Of a stretch of DNA of 47,559 bases, positions 1 to 10,443 are shown one piece after another. This DNA is from Dirinaria sp. TL-2023a (Eukaryota). The notes under the pieces are model-generated. The model saw only the letters and a program-made list of their open reading frames with translations, was not told where the DNA came from and did no database searches. Each line of letters opens with the position of its first letter. The first letter of the stretch is position 1. The stretch is from the NCBI GenBank assembly GCA_051941275.1, contig JAVEBF010000026.1:1-47559 (forward strand). The letters run 5' to 3'. Position numbers and translations under genes: made by a program.

Positions 1-141
1 AAAAAAATTAAAAACTTTTTGATAGAAGAGATTTTTATTTTTTTAGAAAATAAGAAAAAAAATAAAAAGATTTTTGTAAGAGATTTAAATTTTTGTACAT
101 AACTATTTGTACTACAATAAATTACTTATAGTAAAATTTAT
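1..141. repeat. Terminal overlap of a circular contig, identical to 47419-47559
   Basis: Exact 141-nt match between the two ends. Confidence 0.95.
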
Positions 142-656
142 CTCTCTTTTTAAATTTAGGAGAAATTGGATGAGGTTGTATCTCATCCATGGAGATCACA
201 CCCACTATAGAATCATTATGCTTAAGTGAGACCTATTGCACAGGCCCCCTTTCCGCCTGGCACAGTGAGTAACCGCCCTCTTTACATACCCTCCAATAAA
301 AAATAATTTAGAACGACAAAATTCTAAATAATTTCTTTAACCTTATTGTTACTTTATATCTAAATTTGTTTATAATAATATTATAACTTAAAACATTTAT
401 AAAGCAAGGTCACTATTTTTAAAAACTAAATTCTAATAAATGGTAAAATTACCATTACTAATTTTATTTTAAGGAAAATTATCCTTACTATTGTGTTTTA
501 TACATTACTAATGTGATTTATATAAGATAAATCGTGTGAGAATATACTACTTCTAGTGTTTATAGCTAGACACTTTAGCAGTGATACAAAAATCATACCT
601 ATTTCCACATCTGCTCCGATTAAAAATACTATTGGGGAAATTTTCTCTTTATTTCT

Positions 657-727
657 TACCTTATCTAGGATTCGAACCCAGATCTAAATATTAGAAGTAT
701 TCAGCTCTACCCTTGAGCTAATAAGAT
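657..727 (-). tRNA. trnR: tRNA-Arg(UCU)
   Basis: Cloverleaf; anticodon loop CTTCTAA; T-loop GTTCGAATC. Confidence 0.93.
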
Positions 728-1087
728 TTTTAATTTAAATCTAAACTAGACAATGTGTAATTAGCTTACTGTTTACTTTAAAATATATAATAGCAAAACT
801 ATTATTATTAGTGTAGCTAATAATGTAATTAGCTAAAACCAGATATTAGTTAGAGTAAAAGTATATTATTTAAAAACACACTTATTTTTGCGTTAATAAC
901 TAATCATTCCGATATATAATAACGCAAAAATTATATCTAAAAACATGATTATTGTGGATATGAACAATTTTCCCTTCTAATTAGAAATTTATTATATGTG
1001 TAATTGGTTTATTGTCTCTATTTTATAGATACTCTATTAAGTAATGAGACCATTGTTTTTTAATCGGATACTTGCTAATAGAAATTT

Positions 1088-1159
1088 AGGGATACGGAGG
1101 AATTGAACCTCATATTAATGATTTGCAGTCAAAATGTAGTACCATCTACGACGTATCCC
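1088..1159 (-). tRNA. trnC: tRNA-Cys(GCA)
   Basis: Acceptor GGATACG/CGTATCC; anticodon loop CTGCAAA. Confidence 0.88.
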
Positions 1160-1339
1160 CTTGTTACCTAAATTTAGGTAATAAAAATATTATATGTATA
1201 AAATAACTTTTATAATTTGTCCTTTAAAATAAATCTGTTTAGATTTAGAGATACAATTATATTAACATTTATAAATAATACATAAAGCAAGCATAAACTA
1301 AAAAGTAAACATTAAATCTTACGATTAGTTTATAGGTTT

Positions 1340-2472
1340 TTATTGTTCCATTAATCATGAAACAAACTTTTCTATAGAAACCGATTCTATTACTATAGGC
1401 ATAGAACTGTGAAGTATACCACATATTTCTGAACATTGCGTATATCTCAATAATTAGTTCGTATTTTTATTAAGAAAGTATTTATCCCTAAGCATAAATA
1501 TTTATATTTATACCTTTTTAACAAAGAACATTATAAAAGTTCTTCTGCATCTGCACTTTTTCAAGTGGGGTCTGACTATATTTTAAGCTTGCGCCAACCA
1601 ACGTCTAGTCGATGAACTACACACCACTTAACCATTAATAATTATAAATGGTGCTTAGCTGCGGGTCACCCATTGTACTAACTATTGAATCATCAATTTC
1701 TCTTTTACCATACCACGAGCAATTACCTGTGCCACCAAAATATTACTACTTTGACTTGGTTGAAATTGCTTTAGGGACTTCCCGCAATTTGATGGTTTCT
1801 TTTTATTAAAATTAATAAAAATTAGCAAAAGGTTTACTTTTACTTTGGCCTTAGACCAAAAAAAATACCTTGTCTATTGATAAAAACAGATACTTGATTT
1901 AATCTACCGGGGTAAGCATCACATTTAATACCTAAAGCAGGGCAGGCGAAAGAGTGTATAACGTCGGCCCCTGTAACGACAAATCTAACATGAGTTAGTT
2001 CTGGTATAATAACTTTATTATCCACTTCTAACATTCTTAGTGCACCATCTTCTAAATCTGATTCGGGTGTTAAATATGAATCAAATTCGATAAATTCATC
2101 ATCATTATTTAAAAAATCAGGGTACATGTAGCTTCAATATCATTGATGTCCTTCTGCTAATACAACCATAGATGGATCACTAACTTCGTCCATTAAATAT
2201 AGTAGTTTAAAAGAAGGAAATGCTATAAGTAATAAGATTATAGCAGGTGTAATAGTTCAAATTAATTCTATAGATATTCCATGACTTAAGTTTTTATGTG
2301 ATAGAGGTGATTCTAAATTATTATATTTTATTGCTAAAGATACTAATATTCACCCTACAGCAAATAATATTATAACTAAATAAAACAAAATGTTATCATG
2401 TAGTTCAAGTAAACCTTCCATTTGAGGCGATGCACTATCTTGAAAATAAACACCTCAAGGTCTAGGAGCATC
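1340..2472 (-). CDS. cox2: Cytochrome c oxidase subunit 2; exons 2472-1855 and 1438-1340; no own ATG, in frame with cob
   Basis: [25 protein letters not shown] and the CuA motif [17 protein letters not shown] at 1340-1342. Confidence 0.95.
1439..1854 (-). other. Group I intron in cox2, 416 nt, no ORF
   Basis: Exon ends in T (GGT), intron ends in G; core motifs TCATCGACTAGACG and AAATATAGTCAG; splicing restores FFG|QCSE. Confidence 0.9.
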
Positions 2473-2637
2473 CAATCATATAATATTTCCTTCTTTTGAT
2501 GAGGAACCATACTTACGATCTAGTATGAACCAAACTAAAAGGCATCAATGATGAATAACTTTTTTAAAGTTAATTTTACTACTGTATCTAATAAAATTAC
2601 TAGGTATAATGATTTTTTCAGGTAGCACTGTATTATC

Positions 2638-3789
2638 CTTTACCGATAATTCTATTAAAGTATTTTCTAGTAAGCTAATAAAAGGTACTATAATTAAGAA
2701 ATATGAAAAATATATAACTGTAGATATCTGTCCAAACTCTATAAATGGAGATTCAACATGTTTAGCACCTAATAGCATTAAAATTAAAAAGTTACCTATG
2801 AATATAAAAAACGCTGCTTTACTTAAAGGTCTAAACTGTATACCTCTGAATTTAGATAAATCAGTATATGGCATTGCTAATAAAATTAGAATAGCAGAAA
2901 ACATAGCAATAACACCTAATAATTTGTTAGGTATAGATCTCAAGATAGCATAGAAGGGTAATAAATATCACTCGGGTACTATAGCAGGAGGTGTTTGCAT
3001 AGGATTAGCCATCACATAATTTTCACTGTCTCCTAAAAGATTAGGCATAAAAAATACAAAAAGAGATATAACTAACATAAAAATAAAGATAGTTATTAAA
3101 TCTTTAAATATAAAATAAGGTGAGAAAGGTAATCTATCGTAATTACCTGATACACCTAAAGGATTTCCTGAACCTGCACTATCATGTAATGCTATTAAAT
3201 GCATTAAGGCTAACGCAGCTAATATAAAAGGTAAAACGAAATGTAAAGAATAGAATCTATTTAATGTGGCATTGTTAACAGAAAAACCACCTCATAAAAA
3301 TTCAACTATATCCTGTCCAACTCAAGGTATAGCACTCATAAGGTTAGTAATAACTGTTGCACCTCATAAAGACATCTGCCCGTATGGCAAAACGTACCCC
3401 AAAAACGCTGTAGCCATCATTAAAAGAAAGATTATTGTACCTATAGTTCATACCAAAGTTCTAGGCGCTTTGTATGATCCATAGTACAGTCCTCTACCTA
3501 TGTGTAAATAAACTAAAAAAAAAAAAGCAGATGCTGTGTTAGAATGTAAATAACGAACAAACCACCCATTATTTACATCACGCATAATATGTTCTACCGA
3601 ATTGAACGCTTCTAAAACGCTAGGACTGTAATGCATCGCTAAAGTTATACCAGTAACAATTTGTATTCCTAAACAAAAACCTAAAAGAGAGCCGAAATTT
3701 CATAAATAACTTATATTTGAGGGTTGAGGTGAATCTATTACGTATGAATTTGCTAACTTAAGCAAAGGATGACTTTTAAAAATTCTCAT
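2638..3789 (-). CDS. cob: Apocytochrome b; no stop codon, frame continues into cox2
   Basis: MRIFKSHP start, WNFGSLLG, PEWY motif, ends near [10 protein letters not shown]; internal TGAs are Trp. Confidence 0.96.
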
Positions 3790-3919
3790 TATCTCTATAT
3801 GTAGACATATTCTGTTAATGATTGATTATATGTGGAAAAAATACTTACACCTTATTTACTGAAATGTACACACACACACTGTTTACACTACTATTGTTAT
3901 TTAGATAATCTTATTCTAG

Positions 3920-3990
3920 TTTCTTATCTAAGATTCGAACTTAGATATTGATATTAGGAGTATCACATTCTGCCCTTGAATTAATAAGAA
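3920..3990 (-). tRNA. trnR: tRNA-Arg(CCU)
   Basis: Acceptor TTCTTAT/ATAAGAA; anticodon loop CTCCTAA; similar to tRNA-Arg(UCU) at 657-727. Confidence 0.85.
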
Positions 3991-4230
3991 TTTTTTTATA
4001 ATATAAGTAATCTTTTTATAATAGATTATTAGTGAATAATGTAGTAGTTGTAGTGTATACTGCATATTTTACAGATAAATAGACACAAATAAATGCCTAA
4101 TTATATAACACAACTTATAAGGTAATAGAAAGAGCAATTTAATAATAGATCTCCAAAATTAAGAGATTTATTTTAATTGGCATATGTTAAAGTAAAGTTA
4201 TCTTTATTAAATCTTATTAAGAGTGTGCTT

Positions 4231-4617
4231 TTATAATTTTTTAATTAAATATGAAACACTCTTTTGTCTACTATCTATGTTAAGTGCTTTTTTACCAATT
4301 TCATAACCTAAACCTATTGTTAAAGCACTAAAGAAAATTAACATAATAACTAAGCCATAAATATTATTAGTGTATGCACTAACTATAAAGGGATAAACTA
4401 AAAGAATCTCTAGATCAAAAAGAAGAAAAAGTAAGGCAAATATAAAAAAAGAGATACTAAACTGTGTTCTATTTTGCCCTAAAAAAGAGTGAAAACCACA
4501 TTCAAATGCACTTTCTTTTTCCTGGTAAGGATTATGCGCAGAAAACACTAAGTTAATTAATAACAATATTAAAGCTAATAATGGTATGAATATAAAATAA
4601 AAAATTGTGCTGGACAT
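4231..4617 (-). CDS. nad3: NADH dehydrogenase subunit 3
   Basis: EKESAFECGF and FLLFDLEI motifs; ATG abuts the nad2 stop. Confidence 0.97.
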   Translation of the reverse strand: MSSTIFYFIFIPLLALILLLINLVFSAHNPYQEKESAFECGFHSFLGQNRTQFSISFFIFALLFLLFDLEILLVYPFIVSAYTNNIYGLVIMLIFFSALTIGLGYEIGKKALNIDSRQKSVSYLIKKL

Positions 4618-6309
4618 TTAAGAACTAAACAACACCAGTGCTAAAATATTAGCCATGCTTAAGGTTTCTTGAGGAGTAAATACAAATAATAATAATAATA
4701 AAGTCAAAGCTGAAACAGTTATAGTTAAGGAGTTTGATAATACTATATTGCTTATTGTAGATGTAACTTTGTCTTTTGGTATATTTTTGTTTTTGGATGA
4801 TTCTACTAAAGTAAAAAAACTAGCTTTCTTTAAAATTGGATTTAATTCATAGTTAGTTTTTTCAAAAAAAATTTGCTTTATAACAGCTAAATAGTATACG
4901 GCGCTAATAACACTTGCTAATATCGCTATTAATGTAATAAAAGTATAACCACTGTCTAATGCAGCAGATAATACCATTTGCTTGGCGAAAAATCCTATAA
5001 GTGGCGGTACACCCACAAAAGAAAACAGTGTTATGGCTAAACATAAAGCTAAATAAGAATTTATAAAAAAATAACCTTTAATTTGACTAATAAGTTGTAT
5101 GGGCGAGTAATTTCTATCCAATAACATGTTATTTTGTTTATAAAAGTCATTTCTATCTACAAAAAAATATAATGAAAAACCAATGCTTATTAGTATGAAA
5201 AAAGCATTTAAATTTGCTACACTGTATTGCATTAAATAAAAGACAAAAGCTTGGCTAGATTCTAAAGTATTTATACTTAAAGATAATAGAATAAAACCAA
5301 GATGTGAAATAGTACTATAAGCGAAAAGTCTTTTTATTTTAAATTGTGTTAAACCTAAAACCGTACCGATTATCATTGATAATAAAGAGCTAAGTAATAA
5401 ACTAGATTTTCAATTAAAATTTAAAGGAAGATAGGAGCTACTTGTGTAATGTACTAATTCTAATAAAAATACTAATATAGATATTTTACTTATTACTGCA
5501 ACGAATGTTGTAACTATTGTGGGTATAGCATCATATACATCAGGACTTCAAAAGTGAAAAGGTGCGGCAGATATTTTAAAAAGAAATCCTGCTGACATAA
5601 TTAGAAGTGATATATTTAAATAAAAAGGTTTTAATAATAATAAAATACTTTCATCCTGTGATATAGTCGATAAACTAGTTAGAATATAGAAACCATCCAA
5701 ACTTGTTGTACCTGAATTTGCATACAATAAACCTGTACCTAATAATATAAAACAAGAGGCAAGACCACCAAGTAGAAAATATGTAAGGCCTGCCGAAGTT
5801 GATAATTCAGAATTTCTATATAAAGTACAAATTAAATACAAACCATAACTTTGTAACTCTATAGATAAAAAAAGAGAAACTAAATCACTAGTAGAGACTA
5901 AAAAAAGGGCACCTGTAACTATAAATAATATAATAAGGGGATATTCTATAATCCTAAATTGTTCTCCCGTTTTATTTATTACGTCTGTTTTCTTTAAAAT
6001 AATATTATGAAGTGGTTTTTTATATAAGTAGTTCTTTAACACTTTTCTGGGATAAAAAGCAGTTAACTGTAAAATAAGAGTAGTAATAAAAAAAATAAAA
6101 ATATGAAAAGCTTGCGTAATAGACGTTACCTGAAATAAACCTCCAAATAAGCCTATACCTTTACTTAAGAATGTTGTATAAATATTAAATGCAATTAAAA
6201 ATGAATACAACAATATTATCATTACCTCCCTTGAGTAAAGAATAGATTTATCGCGTCTAAGGTTGACGGCATTAGATAGTAATAAGAGTGTAAGGGAACA
6301 AATAATCAT
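4618..6309 (-). CDS. nad2: NADH dehydrogenase subunit 2 (563 aa)
   Basis: [26 protein letters not shown] and [11 protein letters not shown] motifs in one frame. Confidence 0.96.
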
Positions 6310-6327
6310 AAGAAATTTTTTTATAGG

Positions 6328-6400
6328 AGCCAGAGGAGAAATTTGAATTCTCGTTCTTAACGCATGAAATTAATGTTCTAACCTTTTGAACTACTCGGGC
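6328..6400 (-). tRNA. trnM: tRNA with CAU anticodon (Met, possibly modified to read Ile)
   Basis: Acceptor GCCCGAG/CTCTGGC; anticodon loop TTCATGC. Confidence 0.8.
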
Positions 6401-6492
6401 TTTAAATTTAGCATTACTAAACGTTTATAAATGAAAGAAAAATTGTTTTTTTTTGCTTTAATTTAATTTTTAGTTAAGTTTTTTAACTAAAC

Positions 6493-6565
6493 GGTGGATA
6501 CCCTGATTCGAACAGGGAACGGACTGTTCCACATACAGTTGTTCTACCTTTGAACTATAGCCACC
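6493..6565 (-). tRNA. trnH: tRNA-His(GUG)
   Basis: Anticodon loop ATGTGGA; canonical T arm. Confidence 0.92.
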
Positions 6566-6799
6566 TTGTTATTTATTTTTGCTTGCTACGATTTTACCCC
6601 TTAACTAAATGGGATATTTTAATCTTATTTTCCTGCTTATTTTCATAACATATAAAAATCCACCTTTTTAGCTTTTATTGATTAATTAACACCCGTATAT
6701 ATAAAATATTTATTTATTTTATGTATAATAGCATGATTTACACCTATTGGTTTAGCACCAAAACGTCTATATACGTATACGGTTAAGTACCAGTTTTTA

Positions 6800-7335
6800 A
6801 TTGTGTTATTTCCACCTATTTACTAGAACCTTTCATGCGAAGTGTGTACATTCTATTAAATTGAAATTATTTCAATTTCTCTTTAGCCTCAGGGTTTTTA
6901 TTTTTACCGTAAAAAAAAGGATTTTTACCATACACATTTATATCTAAATAAGATCCTTTCATTCTTTCTAATGTCTATGATATATGTTTGTGAGCTAACG
7001 TAACATGAGCAAACGTAAGTTTAAAATTGTATGAATGCTACTATTACCGTTCTGTTAAATTGGAGATTTTACAGTACTAAATGATATCTAGACTAGGCGA
7101 AATAAGCGTATTTTAACAGAGCTCTATAGATTAAACTTTAGCTACCCTCATTCTCCTTTAGCATGAAGTTTAGGCTAAATTGTTTGGTTATCCTTACCAT
7201 AATATATATATATATGAACCAAGATAGAATTTGTATGAGCTTACATGAATTCAACGATAAATGCCTATTTTTGCTTTGTTGTCATTTAAGATATAAATCT
7301 TCATAGTAGAAGCATAATTATAAATAATACGCGGG
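6800..7335 (-). pseudogene. Degenerate free-standing GIY-YIG homing endonuclease
   Basis: Reads ILNDNKAKIGIYRWIHVSSYKFYLGS then SLIYRALLKY, with stops and frameshifts; ends approximate. Confidence 0.75.
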
Positions 7336-7672
7336 ACAAATGTTATATTGTTTTCGCTGCAAGGAACAAACGCTATAATATCTTATATGCTGGAATCGAC
7401 AACGAACACAGGGTTATTGGTATTGAATGCACCGCAAAGCCAAAATTATTAGCACCTATGCTTTTACGATCCAATTTATTAGAGAAAAGTGCAAATTGTA
7501 ACTTATTTAAATAATCATTATTTATCTGTCTCGTTTTATGCTTTGCAAACAAAAAGATGGCATTATATGCTAATAGTAATATATTTAATTTGCTTAACAT
7601 TTTTATAAGAGTCAAACTTGTGGTATCTTAACAATATATACCTTGCCTTGCAAGGCAAGGGCTAGCGGTTTA

Positions 7673-7745
7673 TTATGTTGGAGTGATTCGAACACCCATG
7701 GGTAAATACCAAAAATTTATGACTTACCCGTTAGTCTACAACATA
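7673..7745 (-). tRNA. trnQ: tRNA-Gln(UUG)
   Basis: Acceptor TATGTTG/CAACATA; anticodon TTG. Confidence 0.92.
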
Positions 7746-7763
7746 TTTATGAAGTTTTCCATG

Positions 7764-7845
7764 TATAGATAACAAGACTCGAACTTGTACGGCTGAAGCC
7801 ATTCCATCCTAAGTGGAATTTGTCTACCAATTACAACATATCTAT
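7764..7845 (-). tRNA. trnL: tRNA-Leu(UAG)
   Basis: Anticodon loop CTTAGGA; long variable arm. Confidence 0.92.
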
Positions 7846-7958
7846 TTTTTATTAATTTTTACTAAAAAAAAACTAAAAAAAAAAAGAATAACTTCTAAGT
7901 TAAGTTTGTTAATTGATAACGTATAGATTTCTTTACTAAAAAAAAAAAAGAATAACTT

Positions 7959-8819
7959 CTAACTTAAATTTGTTAGTTGATCACGTATAGATTTATTGTT
8001 AGGCATGTTTCAGTAACGGACTTGGTCATAAGGTCTACCTGCAAAAACTTTATTATAGAATTCACGATTATGAGCAAGAGATCAATCATGCAACCAATCA
8101 TTTAGATACTCACAGAAATATGTCTTACTAGGATTTAATTTATTAGCACGTAAAAATAAAAGGTGATCAGCAACCATTCTACCTACAATCCTATTAGATA
8201 GCCCGTTAGTATGAAAACCACCTATAAGAAACATTCTCCACCTTGCTACCGTTCCGATGTGTACTGGTTTATTCACGTAGCTTTCATCAGGGGAAGGTAA
8301 AGGACTAGTATTTGGATACAGTCCAGGAACTTTTCCAGGTAATTGGGCGGAAGAAGCAGGTATATTATTTGTACCAGACCCGCTAGCTGTTGTAAGTGTA
8401 TTATTTCCACCTTGACCCACACCACCAGAAGTGTTTTGCATATGCATAACTGTTTTTATACCAAATAAATCTCTTATAATATTGGAATCTAGCTTCGGTA
8501 ATATCAAAGTGGTTGAAGATCAGATATATAATAAGCTAATACTTTTTAAAATATCTAAATTGTAATGTACGTATCACATATGTAAGATTGTTGTTACAAT
8601 AATAGGGAAAATTCCTACACATATAAGAATTATAGTGCTTGGTTTATTGTTTCCTTTAATAAAACAAACAGATATAACGTGTAACACTGCTACAATTCCA
8701 CATACTATACAAATATATTCAATAAGACCTAAGTAAGATAATAATTTAATCATAGGTAATTTTAGACCTAAATAGAATAGAATTGATATAGGTAAACTAA
8801 ATTTTATGAAATTTAACAT
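7959..8819 (-). CDS. Orphan membrane-anchored protein, 286 aa (orf286)
   Basis: Track ORFs 8574-8819 and 8082-8507 join through TGA=Trp and run to TAG at 7959-7961; hydrophobic N-terminus, G/S/T/N/P linker, complex C-terminal domain. Confidence 0.8.
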
Positions 8820-9119
8820 TGATTTATAAAAAAAGATAACAATGGTACAGTTAGCACCGAAATAAAATTATATAATAAAGGATTAAAAAAAAATGTATGC
8901 AAAATAAATAGGTAGATAGTTAAATATATCTTAAAAAATGCACAAAGGCAAAAACATATCTACCTACTAAATAAAGAGAATGAAATATATTATAGACTTC
9001 CCCCAAAGGGAATAAAATGCGCAATATTATGAATAATATAAGTGAATAAAAGATGCAATATATGAATAATATAAATGAATAATAATGTAATACAGTTTGT
9101 AATATAAGGTATAAACTTA

Positions 9120-9193
9120 TGCTCGAGATAAGATTTGAACTTATAGCCTAAACATCTTCAGAGTTCCGCTCTACCAAGTTGAGCTTCTCGAGC
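9120..9193 (-). tRNA. trnF: tRNA-Phe(GAA)
   Basis: Acceptor GCTCGAG/CTCGAGC; anticodon GAA. Confidence 0.92.
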
Positions 9194-9219
9194 ATAATAA
9201 AAACTAAGCGTAGTCTTTT

Positions 9220-9291
9220 TGGAGGTATCAGGACTCGACCCTGAAATAACGATATGCAAAATCGATGTTTTACCAGTTAAACTATACCCCC
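9220..9291 (-). tRNA. trnA: tRNA-Ala(UGC)
   Basis: Acceptor GGGGGTA/TACCTCC with G3:U70; anticodon TGC. Confidence 0.93.
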
Positions 9292-9365
9292 TCCCCTCTT
9301 TTCTTATTTATATTGTAAAAGCTTAGTCTTAATGTTTTAATCTCTGTTCCTAAGTTTATAAAGTT

Positions 9366-9447
9366 TATCCGAAAAACGACTTGAACGTTTACGATTTCTG
9401 TCAATAAATCTTAAGTTTATCCTGTCTACCAATTCCAGCACTCGGAC
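9366..9447 (-). tRNA. trnL: tRNA-Leu(UAA)
   Basis: Anticodon loop CTTAAGA; long variable arm. Confidence 0.92.
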
Positions 9448-9473
9448 CAGAAGATTTAAATTTAAACATAAGT

Positions 9474-9546
9474 TAAGGCTAAAATGATTTGAACATTCAT
9501 CTCAACTGTCATGAGCAGCTAGCTTTACCAGTTAAGCTATAACCTT
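9474..9546 (-). tRNA. trnM: tRNA-Met(CAU)
   Basis: Anticodon loop CTCATGA; cloverleaf. Confidence 0.9.
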
Positions 9547-9573
9547 TTATAGATATATTATTTAATTGATTTA

Positions 9574-9644
9574 GTGCGGACAAAGGATTTGCACCTTTAT
9601 ATACTGGGCATGAGCCAATTATGTTACTGTTACATCAATCCGCA
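9574..9644 (-). tRNA. trnM: tRNA-Met(CAU), probable initiator
   Basis: Acceptor TGCGGAT/GTCCGCA; anticodon loop CTCATGC. Confidence 0.88.
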
Positions 9645-9668
9645 TTTTAATTATTTAATATCTAGAGT

Positions 9669-9741
9669 TGACCCAGAGGGGATTCGAACCCCTGAAATTA
9701 ATATTGAAAGAATTATGTCTCAACCACTCGACCACTGGGCC
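9669..9741 (-). tRNA. trnE: tRNA-Glu(UUC)
   Basis: Acceptor GGCCCAG/CTGGGTC; anticodon TTC. Confidence 0.93.
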
Positions 9742-9768
9742 TTCTAATTTAGATAGAAACTATCTAAG

Positions 9769-9839
9769 AGCCCGGTGTAAGAATCGCACTTACATCATCC
9801 GATTACAAAACGGTTGCATTACTTTTATGCTAACTAGGC
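9769..9839 (-). tRNA. trnT: tRNA-Thr(UGU)
   Basis: Acceptor GCCTAGT/ACCGGGC; anticodon TGT. Confidence 0.9.
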
Positions 9840-10443
9840 TAGAAAAATTGTAAAATAAAAACTTGATTGTAATGATAAGTGTATTTTACAGTAAATTAAT
9901 AAATTAGTACTTAATGCTTATAATCAAGCTAAGCCTATTAATTAAAACTATTCTAACTAGAAAAACATAAATTTAAAAACATTTAACCAGATAGAATAGA
10001 TAAAATCGTAGTGTTATACTACGCATATTTAAGAATATCTTAAGGGGAACTTCAAGCCTATATGCATTCAGCTTTTATCTCTTGTTAACATAGCTTTCGT
10101 GTCATGCCTAAGAAAAACGTTACTATAGTGAATAGTAACCATACTATATCTACTAATGTTTAATAGCGGATATAATATAATCGTTTATATAAACTACAGG
10201 TAAACCAGAGGTTAACAGACCCAACTCCTTTCGTACGAAGGGTCTATCCTTATTTTATTCTAATTCCCTCTAGAAGATAGAAACCATACTGTCTCACGAC
10301 GTATTTAACCCAGCTCGTGTAACTTTTTAATCGACGAACAGTCGCACCCTTCATAACTCTTGCATTCATGTGGATAAGTTAAGCCGACATCGAGGTGCCA
10401 AACTGCGCACGAAATTTGAACTCTCTGGCGCTATTAGCCTGTT

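Noticed and set aside
2609..3484. Plus-strand ORFs opposite cob, and likewise opposite cox3, atp6, nad1, nad5 and cox1
   Set aside because: They are antisense shadows of real genes with no independent motifs.
8830..9010. Upstream extension of orf286
   Set aside because: An in-frame TAA lies at 8868-8870, and the region is better explained as the duplicated atp8 leader.
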